Assembly (NCBI GenBank): GCA_015680685.1
Contig: MNCI01002560.1
Coordinates: 595,496-659,495 of the forward strand
Source of the DNA: Gnetum montanum
Taxonomy: Eukaryota > Plantae > Gnetophyta
Reading direction: 5' to 3'
DNA length: 64,000 nt
Shown: in pieces, positions 41,030 to 51,759 of the stretch
Layout: every line of letters starts with the position of its first letter
Position numbering within the stretch: the stretch's first letter is position 1
Notes under the pieces: model-generated
Database searches by the model: none
The model's input: only the letters and a program-made list of their open reading frames with translations
Told to the model about the DNA's origin: nothing
Position numbers and translations under genes: made by a program

Positions 41030-41803
41030 TGGGGGTTCATCATCACTAAATAAGTTGTGAGTTCATGACTTGGAACAATTCTATCTATGTTCATATTGGT
41101 GTTCTTGCTTTTCCCCATGGGTTCGATTTTTATTTCTATGCTAACACCTTAAGGAATAGTTATCCATGTCACAACCCGACATTAAAAGAGTAGAGGAAGA
41201 GATAGAACTCAAAGATTTTTCATGACTTTTGTAAGTCTCCCAATCATCCCCTCATGTACTTATGCTACCCATTGAGAAGGTCCTACACCTTATATGCCCC
41301 CTCATTCTAGGGGATGTCCCATATTTACTAGAGGTGTTTGTATTGAATGAAAAAATTTCTTAAGTATCATTTGGATGTCTATGAACATATGAAACTCTTG
41401 CATGAGATCGAGTACTCCAAACATATTCTTCATCATAAATTTTGTTGGTTCTCTAATGAATTACCTTGCTTGAAGTTGCATTATCATTGTCTTATGAAAG
41501 AGACATTGTCATGAATTTTCTATGAATTACTTGAATTTAATTTTTTTTTGAAAGATATATCATTAATACCCTATTATAATGATCTTGTATGATATAACTA
41601 ATCTAGATAACTAGCACAATCCCTAGTAATGGTGCTAATGGTGAGCAACAAGGTACCCCCTATGCTCAACCATATGAATACAAGCATGTACATGTGATTT
41701 GGTCAAACTCTATAGATGGACTAGTTGTGGTATCTAAATGGTTATACATTAATTGTAGTTTACTATCTTTTCACTTAGACTAGTATTTTCTTTATCACGT
41801 ATG

Positions 41804-44415
41804 TGTTGGCACATTGGGCCATTTTATGGAACAGTAAGGAATTATATTATTTACTTTAAAATCTTTGGTGAAGAATGTGCTTAAAATTATTAGTAATGCA
41901 AAAAAAATTCATTGGAAAGGTCTCAAATTAAAAATCCCTGTTAACCATTGTTAAGCTCAGTTTTATATTTGGCCCTACCTTGCAAAAATCCAGAAAGCTT
42001 GATTCCCAGACTCTGCCAGAAAGCTTTAGTTTCCAAAATAGTCAGGGTGGCAATAGAAGTTCTCTCCTCATAGAAATCCTTGTTGAAGGGATCGTACTCA
42101 ATCTGCAAATGATCCAGAGCAAGAATAGGCTCAATCTTCTTCTTATCATTGGGCACAACTAGATTATCATCGGAATTGTACTCGGGATGGCCTTAGGCGG
42201 CGTCGACGGCCTTGGCAGTAGTATAAACCTGCTAGTCAAAATCATATCCAGCATTCAAGGCATCCATTTCTTCCCACCATGAACGCATCCAACAGATTCA
42301 CTTCTTTGTCATCGTCATTGTCATGGCCATCATTGTTGTTCTTGTCATCGTCGTCTTCATTAATATTGATGCTATTGAAACCCTCGGTGTACTCAATGTC
42401 GTCCAGGACGTAACCTTCGAAGTGTTCGCTGGGGGGTCTGGTTGGCAACGGCATGTACAGACGCCACTGCGATTTCATGGATTTGAACCCTGGAATCATA
42501 GAATCGCCCAAGAAACCCGGCCTATTTATGCTGAAACCCTCATATTAGAACCTATGCTTTGACATTCTGACCCTCATTGTTTCTCAAAGAATGTGCAAAA
42601 GTGACCACCTTTATCTTGTGTGAAGTTCTGGCTGTAGTCGCACTACAAGAAAAATCCATGGGATGGGAACAAAGGCGGCAAAGAAAATAGCTCCAATGAC
42701 ATGTGCATTTCCAGCTCACCACCATGACTTCCAATACTTTGTTACAGAGATTTTCTAGCTGCTACCTTGCCAAATAGGCCTAGGCTTTCCCAAGGAAAGC
42801 ATTTCAATTTTTTCTTTTTAGGTGGTAATCACCAATGTCATTCACTCCTGGAACATGCAATCTGAAATAGCAGCCATGCCTGATGCCGATGAATTCGATA
42901 TCGCATACCAATCCACTGAACGCAACAACAAAGATACAAAGGCACACTAAGACAGGTGTCAAGAGATATTTTGGGCCAATACCGGTAAATCAAAGTTGCA
43001 GTTCATCAAAAATAAAATTTTAAATGGTCTGGTGATTAATTTAGCAATGTCACAATGTCACATACGCTAATAGTATGAAGCCCTAGTTATAGACTTACCT
43101 TTTAATTTAATTATTCCAAGGCTTCAAAACATTATTTTTTCAAACATTATTATATAAGTTACAACCCATAAAATATTTGTAATATTAATGTTAAAATATT
43201 TGTAATATTNNNNNNNNNNNNNNNNNNNNNNNNNNNNNNNNNNNNNNNNNNNNNNNNNNNNNNNNNNNNNNNNNNNNNNNNNNNNNNNNNNNNNNNNNNN
43301 NNNNNNNNNNNNNNNNNNNNNNNNNNNNNNNNNNNNNNNNNNNNNNNNNNNNNNNNNNNNNNNNNNNNNNNNNNNNNNNNNNNNNNNNNNNNNNNNNNNN
43401 NNNNNNNNNNNNNNNNNNNNNNNNNNNNNNNNNNNNNNNNNNNNNNNNNNNNNNNNNNNNNNNNNNNNNNNNNNNNNNNNNNNNNNNNNNNNNNNNNNNN
43501 NNNNNNNNNNNNNNNNNNNNNNNNNNNNNNNNNNNNNNNNNNNNNNNNNNNNNNNNNNNNNNNNNNNNNNNNNNNNNNNNNNNNNNNNNNNNNNNNNNNN
43601 NNNNNNNNNNNNNNNNNNNNNNNNNNNNNNNNNNNNNNNNNNNNNNNNNNNNNNNNNNNNNNNNNNNNNNNNNNNNNNNNNNNNNNNNNNNNNNNNNNNN
43701 NNNNNNNNNNNNNNNNNNNNNNNNNNNNNNNNNNNNNNNNNNNNNNNNNNNNNNNNNNNNNNNNNNNNNNNNNNNNNNNNNNNNNNNNNNNNNNNNNNNN
43801 NNNNNNNNNNNNNNNNNNNNNNNNNNNNNNNNNNNNNNNNNNNNNNNNNNNNNNNNNNNNNNNNNNNNNNNNNNNNNNNNNNNNNNNNNNNNNNNNNNNN
43901 NNNNNNNNNNNNNNNNNNNNNNNNAAGTGTTTACTTATGTCATTTTACCTTGTTTGAATATTTGAGGTCCATGCAAATCTACTTTCTTTTCTATCTATTT
44001 CCATCGAATCTTGCTCTATTTCTAGTTTTCTTGTGGAACTATTTCCTTCTCTGGGGAAAATTAGAAGTAGATTCGTAGAGTTGTGCTCAAATGTTTTTGC
44101 AAAATTTTATTTGTTACAAGTAGGTATTATAAGGACTGTGTAGACTAGGCAATTGAACAAAATAGGAACTTTCAACAACTCACAGTACTTGGAAAAGTTG
44201 GTTAGATCTCTTTAAGATAAGTCATTTGTAGTTTACACACAATGCAATCATTTCATTTTACACAACCTCATGCTGCAACAGTACATACAGATACTCACAT
44301 TAACTACTGAGTCTATTTGGAGGTATCTGGGCCTTGGTGTTGCCAGAGACCAGCAAGCACTTAAATCCTGTTCTAGGACACTCGTTGGTAGTCGCATCCC
44401 AAACGATCATCAATA
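41804..44415. mobile_element. LTR-like insert (TGTTG...CAATA) with 5-bp TSD GTATG, carrying a host-gene fragment
   Basis: GTATG at 41799-41803 and 44416-44420. Removing the insert restores the host LTR sequence seen at 1321-1370. Contains a ~715-N gap. Confidence 0.8.
41986..42565 (-). pseudogene. RH24: 5' fragment of DEAD-box ATP-dependent RNA helicase 24 (RH24, DDX42/SF3b125 orthologue)
   Basis: MSKHRF*YEGFSINRP...QWRLYMP...LDDIEY...EVNLLDAFM / DALNAGYDFD*QVYTTAKAVDAA*GHPEYNSDDNLVVPNDKKKIEPILALDHLQIEYDPFNKDFYEE...SLGIKLSGF matches, from recall, the plant RH24 N-terminus. Three stops and one frameshifting deletion. Ends before the helicase Q motif. Confidence 0.9.
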
Positions 44416-45105
44416 GTATGGTTTAGTGTAGAGTGAGGTTTATGATGTGATCCCTACTACTATGCTACTCCTAATGACAACAAGAGATAACTTACTTAAG
44501 CTTAATGGGAAATAGGAAATAAGATCTAAGCTAGCATAAATGCAATGAACACCTATTCCTAATCATTCGTATACGTCTTGGACTTCATGTACTACTTCTA
44601 GAATTACCAAGCATACATCACTTGAAGCACTACATGATACTTTACTAGGTTACTATGTAGTTACACTTAAATGTTCGTGATTAAGGCGTACTCATTCTGT
44701 GCTGATAATAGGAATAGTAAATGACCATAAAATAAATATTAACTAAGAAAATAGTAATAAATAATCAACAATTAAAATAATTAAAAGCTATGTGAATGCT
44801 GAAATGATGGAGTAATCTCGATCTTTATTGTTGATCATGTGCATGTCCAAGTATGTCACACTTGAACAATGGTGTCATACAATTACAAACATCACACTAT
44901 GGGCATACACCAAGAATAACTAAAAGATAAACTACCAAAAGAAATGAACTTCTAACTTCCTAATGATCTAACTCCTATCTTACTATGTGCCTAACTGTTG
45001 TATTTATAGGCTAACATAAGAATCACAATATCATGTATATGATATTGTATCCAAGCCGTAATATCGTGTACCCAATATTGGGGCCTAGTAAATTGTCACT
45101 CATCC

Positions 45106-46870
45106 ATAAGGATCTAGTTCATAATAGAGATATTTTTGATTTAGTGGTGGTGTCCCTCATGTCTATGAGTTTTTCCATTGTTGTTGATAGTACTCATGAG
45201 GTAGAGGATTTGTCCCACTTGTATAGTATTGTTGGTTGTAGGATTATCTATAATTATCTTGTGGATAAGAAAATCTCCTAGGCATTTTATTTTTTACAAA
45301 CATCAAATTCAATAAAAAAGCCCTAAACTCATATAGATGTAACATAACTGGTAAATAGTCCTTTGGATGTTCATATTATTAAATGTCACATCCATATTTC
45401 TTATTTAAATAGATGTTTTTCAACCTCTTCTACTAGAAATACTTTTCATTTTTGTAGATAAGTGTTCTTTCTTGTGTTTTTATTCTTTTTTCTTTTCCTA
45501 TGTTAATTAATTAATTCTACTTTATGTATCTTCTTCTCGATGATTTTTAGATTGATTATAACTTTTCATTCATCAGTTCTCACATCTTATCTACCCTTGC
45601 TTTAATTTTACCAATAGACTTTTGGATTGCTAAGGTCTTTTTCATAAAAAAAATTCATTAATAGCTACCTCTTCCTTCTGATAAAAAATATGAATCTTTT
45701 CTCCTTTTTTTTCTTTTTTCTTTTTCTTTTTTTTTTTGCAAATGGTTGTATTTTTGTTATATTCTTCCATACTCTCCCTTTTGCTTGGATTTCCTTCTTC
45801 TTTTTTCATTTGTTTAATTAACCTTTATATTTAATGGGCTTTTAGTTTTGATAATCTTTATTGTTTATACATCCCAAGGATCTTACTCATTTTGTTATGA
45901 AGTCAATTTATGATGTGACAAAGCTAATCTTTTTAAGAAAATCCATAGCATGGGCATCTATGTAGTAGAGAATAGTATCTATCCAAGGCTACATCAAGGG
46001 ATTTATGATTCTCTTGCTTCCACCCTTGAATTTATTTCATTATATTGAAAAATCTTGAAAATGTTTAGTATTTCTCATTCAAGAGTTTAAGCATTGTGAA
46101 TCACTACTAGCTTAAATTTAGTTCCAATGATCTATAATACCTTTCAAATTCTTCTATTTGTTTTCTAAGGAAGAGCTTAAGTTTTTTCCATTTACTTTTA
46201 ATATGTTGCAAGATTTAGGTATCATGGAAGGCTTGTAAATGATGTTGTGGGTCAAAATTATAGGCTTTGTTAAATTTAGAAATGTTATATATATCAAGCC
46301 TTTTAATGCATCATTCTTGTTGATGCCTATGTGATATTCTAACTACCTCCCTGATTTGTATCTACTTGCTAATAAGGATTTATCATCATCAAACATGTTG
46401 TAAAAATAATTTCTAATCTTATTTATCCAGTTATGATGGTCTCATCTTTGCTCAATTTAGTACCTTGTATCTTTTCTTTGATATCTATTTATATCTTTAT
46501 CTTAACCCGTTAGTGGAGTTCTGTCTCTATACCCACATTCATCTTCATTAAAAATAGATGGTGAAGATGAAGAAGAAGATATTAAACTACGATAACTATC
46601 ATAGATCCTATATCTTTCCTTATGATGCTTTGATTTATCTATTCTAGGTTTGCTCAAGGTCCTAAGCTATGAGGCGATTCTTTTTCTAGGACTAGTTCCA
46701 TCTCATCCAGGATTATTCATAATAGTTAAACATAGTCTTTAAATGAAGTAAGGATCAGAATGGCTATATGAAGCCCCTTCTTGTAGTGGTTTCCATTAAT
46801 TTTATTCAACATACATCCTATCATTGTTCTCATCATGTGATGGACTATTGACCCTTTGTGAAGAAGACAT
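45106..46870 (-). pseudogene. Decayed Athila-like gag of an older element
   Basis: Homologous to the gags at 36000-36900 and 40670-41029 (e.g. NFDPQHHLQAF at ~46228-46260). Downstream of the PBS at ~46928-46946. Confidence 0.7.
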
Positions 46871-46946
46871 GTTTTTAGTTAACAATGTATGATTTAAAAT
46901 ATTAATTGTTTTTTAAAAATAAATCATTTCCTAGCAGTGACACCAA

Positions 46947-47921
46947 TGAAAAGTGAGAATTTTTTCCTATGTTCAACTAAATAAATTACAAATGCATACA
47001 TGTGATCTATTTAAATTCCATGGATAGAACTACTTTAGTATCTAGATCATTACATATTTATTGTAGGTCACTATCTTCTCACTTGAACTAGTGGTAGATT
47101 TATCATGTATGGTTTAGTCCAAACTCATGCATATGACTATTGGTGTTGTGTGGATATTACTAAGCTATATAAAAATATGAAAATAAATTATTTAGCTAAT
47201 CTAAGTAATAACAAGAAGATAAATCTTAAATTATCCTAAGGATGATGAGTGTCCATTTCAAACGTGCCATCCATGTCTTGAACTCACATACCCACTATTA
47301 GGATTATCAAGTATTATGCTACTAGGTGAACCAAATAATAACACTATTAGGAGTACCAAGCAAATACATGCTTACACTCAATGCTAGTCATGCTCATTCC
47401 ACCAATTGATTAATATGCATGAAAATGTAAATATTAACTAAGTACATATAAAGTAAATTACATTAATAGAAAATATATTCTAAGTCAACATATTACAATG
47501 AATATGTATCAATCTTAATCATATTATCATTCATGAAATGTGTTTAGGTACAATGCCACTAAAATAAAACATTGAATAATTAATTCATATTCATATTCCA
47601 AGTACTCACTAACTCTTTCCTAAGAATATGAAACAAAACTAAATGAATTTAGCTGTAGTAATAACCAAATAGTGTTGTATACATTATGGATGTTCATATA
47701 TTTATAGGAACATAAAGACACTATGTCGATGCATATGCATTAATACATTTGGTTGCATCAACAAGTCATTGTTAATGTAGCTAAATTATAGTATATGTGA
47801 TGTATCATCTATGATATAGTAGCCAACTAAGATGTATTGATGGGGATGCATCAAAAAGATGTCACATATCATCTATGATATTGCAACTGATTGATATATC
47901 TAACAAAATGATGCTTCATCA
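46947..47921 (-). mobile_element. Athila-like 5' LTR (old)
   Basis: TGA...TGATGCTTCATCA termini, adjacent PBS, aligns with 18967-19853. Confidence 0.8.
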
Positions 47922-50900
47922 CATCCTATAATAAAAGAAACTCATGAATCATGTTGGCTTTCATATAAAACCTCTAATCAATATATATTGTGATAATAAT
48001 TAAATCATACCACTTTTAGATGAACATGCTCTTCACAAAAAATCAAAGCATATCAATATAAAATACTATTTTACTAATAAATAAGTAAAGAAGGATAATA
48101 TTAAACAATTACATATGAATACTACTAAATAATTAATAAACTTACTCACAAATATCTTATTTATTTTAGGTATGAGTACCTTTGGAATAATATACACATA
48201 AAAAAGATAACAAGGAAGAAAGAAGAAGAATGCAATGCACACTAAAGGAGGAACTATGAATAATAGTGTATAATTCATCTACCTATATGAATATGAAAGT
48301 TTAAAAGTCAAAATTTTATTTACTTATTTTCTTAAGTTGATTGGTAGATGTAATCTATTTTTCCCAACTCACCTTTATTTTGCATTAATTTTATTTTCTT
48401 ATTATGATAAATGAATTCTCAAATTTTCAAAGTATGGCCCTCATTATTTCCTATAAATACTAAGTTCATACATAAATATATTAACTTAGTTTCTATAATA
48501 AAAGATCTTATTAAAAAGTTTCTTCTAGAATCATGTTATTGCTATAAGTATTCATACTTCATAAAGCACTTATTGTATTTCTGTTAATAAATGCCTTTTT
48601 TACCATTTCTAATTTCAGAATAATTTCATCAATTCTAGTCAATCTTATGATAACCACTTCTCATATTTATCATTTAGACTTAACAAGCTCTACATTTTAT
48701 CTAACATTCTTATTTTTGCACTTTAGATTCAATTTTCTATAGGTTTTTATCATAAAAACAAGAAGTTTAAAAGTTTAAAGATCATTTATAAGTTTTTTTT
48801 AATCTATACATTTTATCAAGAAAAAATATATGTGATTTTTATTTTATCTTATAGAGCATCATGTAGAGAATCTACACTAATAAATTTCATTGAATTTCAA
48901 TCCTTCAATCTCAAGATATTAATAAAAAATATTTTGACCATGACTTATGGTATGTTACAATTAAGGCTTTCACAGACATGTTGTCATCTTGTGACCTTAA
49001 TTATGACTCACGAATAATTTATGGTTTCCAACCACAACTTATTGTAAGATTAAGAATTAAGATAAATACAAAATGATTCATGATGTGATCATGGTTTTTG
49101 TTAGAATTAGACCATGACTTGTGGTCCACTAATGGTTAAAGGCCATGAAACATGGTCCAATTGTGGTATCTAGCTACTTGATCTGTCCAATGAAATCCAT
49201 AAGGAAGTAATAATCTTTATCCTAATTAGTCTTAGAATTGATTCATTTTATGTTTTTGTGCCTTATAGGTGATTAAGTTAATTGTCATGAGGATACAATA
49301 AATGGAAAAGTTTATGAAACACCTCAAACAAAGTTTATGATGTAAACAATGAATCACTGTAGTCAAATTTTGTCATGTAATTCTTGTTGGATTCAAGAGA
49401 AAAAATAAATACCTCAATTTTCCTTGAAAATGTCAATCTTGTAGCCCTATTTGGTCAAAATCTTGAAGCATTCTCACTTTCTAAAGTGTAATTCACAATA
49501 TGAGAAATGAAAAATTCCATTAATTATGCTACTAAAATAGTTTAATTAAATTTATAATGTCAAAAACAGTAGCATTCCTAGCATAATTGATCAAAATCTT
49601 AGTAGACAAAAACACTACAGTTTCTAGTGATACTAAGTGTCAAAAACACTATGTATGATGCCCAGAAACTTACCCTAGCCAAGTGAACATGGAAACATAA
49701 AATCATGTCCTATTTAAACAAGAATTGATGCCATTTCTAGGGACTTTTAAATCATTGAAACTATTTCAAACTTGAGTCTTTTGGAGTAGAGCAAAGATTT
49801 AAGAGCATGAAGCCATTTTCCTACCACTGATCGTTGAACACATTGAGAACCTATTTGCAGCCTAAATATTGAGCAAATCCAAACATGTTTGGAAGGATTT
49901 CAGAACATACCCCACCCACCTGCATGCTAGAGTTTCAATGGAATTTTCAATGAGATATGTGAAATGTTCATAGTTCCACATTTTGAAAGGCCAGAGGCTT
50001 TTGATTTATATCTTCTAACCTTGTATAGTTGAAGTATTTATACAAATTTTTTAGTTGTTTCTACCATATTGTTTCCTGTTATTTTCATACTATCTCTTGA
50101 TTCTATCATAGATCTAGCATTGGATGTATTTTTTACATTTTCTTGCTCATTTTCACTCATTTTATTTCAATAATAGACTCATAAATTCTTACGTGATCAA
50201 CATGACAACATAAGGTACATTAGATCAATTTTTATGCCCATGGACCTTAAGGTAAAACTATTATATGTAGACCTATTTAATTTTCAGCTTTGAATTTTAC
50301 TGTTATTCCTATTTTCTAGCACAAGAAGAAGGACCTCTGATAACTTTCTTTATTCAAACCTAAGAATCATTACTATTTACCTATTTCAACTAGTTTCACA
50401 TTAGCATATGTAGTGTATAGATGGTACGTTTGAGTGATTTTTAATACCCACATTTTTCAACCTCAATATTCTTTTCTTAATTCCTACACCATTGTTCTCC
50501 CCTAGTCAAAACATCTCTCATGTAGTGTGATGAGTGGCGAGGTACCCCTACACTCAATCATACGAAACGAGCATCGCACGNNNNNNNNNNNNNNNNNNNN
50601 NNNNNNNNNNNNNNNNNNNNNNNNNNNNNNNNNNNNNNNNNNNNNNNNNNNNNNNNNNNNNNNNNNNNNNNNNNNNNNNNNNNNNNNNNNNNNNNNNNNN
50701 NNNNNNNNNNNNNNNNNNNNNNNNNNNNNNNNNNNNNNNNNNNNNNNNNNNNNNNNNNNNNNNNNNNNNNNNNNNNNNNNNNNNNNNNNNNNNNNNNNNN
50801 NNNNNNNNNNNNNNNNNNNNNNNNNNNNNNNNNNNNNNNNNNNNNNNNNNNNNNNNNNNNNNNNNNNNNNNNNNNNNNNNNNNNNNNNNNNNNNNNNNNN

Positions 50901-51759
50901 NNNNNNNNNNNNNNNNNNNNNNNNNNNNNNNNNNNNNNNNNNNNNNNNNNNNNNNNNNNNNNNNNNNNNNNNNNNNNNNNNNNNNNNNNNNNNNNNNNNN
51001 NNNNNNNNNNATGCTCATAGTCAAGTCGTACTTACACTGTGCTATGAAAGCAATAAATAACATNNNNNNNNNNNNNNNNNNNNNNNNNNNNNNNNNNNNN
51101 NNNNNNNNNNNNNNNNNNNNNNNNNNNNNNNNNNNNNNNNNNNNNNNNNNNNNNNNNNNNNNNNNNNNNNNNNNNNNNNNNNNNNNNNNNNNNNNNNNNN
51201 NNNNNNNNNNNNNNNNNNNNNNNNNNNNNNNNNNNNNNNNNNNNNNNNNNNNNNNNNGTAGTCAAGTCGTACTTACACTGTGCTATGAAAGCAATAAATA
51301 ACATGAAATAAATAACAATAAATAAACTAAGTGAATGCTGCAATGATGAAGTAATCTCGATCTTTATTGCCGGTCATGTGCGTGTCCAAGTACGGCACAC
51401 TCGAATAAAGACACCGTACAATCACATTCACCACACTGCGGGCAGACACGGGAAAATTCTAACTCTGGAGGGATCAAACTGCCAGAGCTTCGCTACCTGA
51501 AACTGGGATCCCCAAACAAGGGAGAGCCGCCTCTTATTTATAGACATGGCGACAGACTGCGATATCGCGTACACGATATCGCGGGGGATGCGATATCACA
51601 TTGGACGCGATATCGCATACGCGATATCGCGGCTGATGCAGACTGCGTCTCATCATACCCCCACGACTGAATAAAAACTTGTCCTCGAGTTACAAGGAGA
51701 ACAAGCTTCAGTGATTACACAGTGGATAGGTATGGGATTATTAACTAGAAAAAGAAATG

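Larger units (their letters stand above)
36900..45105 (-). mobile_element. Athila-like element apparently lacking pol (split 5' LTR 41639-41803 + 44421-45105, PBS, gag, spacer, start of extra ORF)
   Basis: Both LTR halves align contiguously to 1178-2021. PBS at ~41615-41638. Gag at 39400-41510. No RT motifs before the spacer, which shares sequence with 31200-31600. MAPK start at 37158. Confidence 0.7.

Noticed and set aside
42323-42562. Hydrophobic plus-strand ORF MAIIVVLVIVVF...
   Set aside because: Antisense shadow of the Asp/Asn-rich RH24 segment.
41941-42565. RH24 as a functional first exon with a giant TE-filled intron
   Set aside because: It has three stops and a frameshifting deletion, sits inside a TSD-flanked insert, and I found no downstream helicase exons in the window.
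47922-49313. AT-rich stretch with short ORFs
   Set aside because: No recognisable motifs or termini, so left unassigned.
51011-51305. Short repeat TAGTCAAGTCGTACTTACACTGTGCTATGAAAGCAATAAATAACAT on both sides of a gap
   Set aside because: Probably overlapping contig ends in a repetitive LTR.
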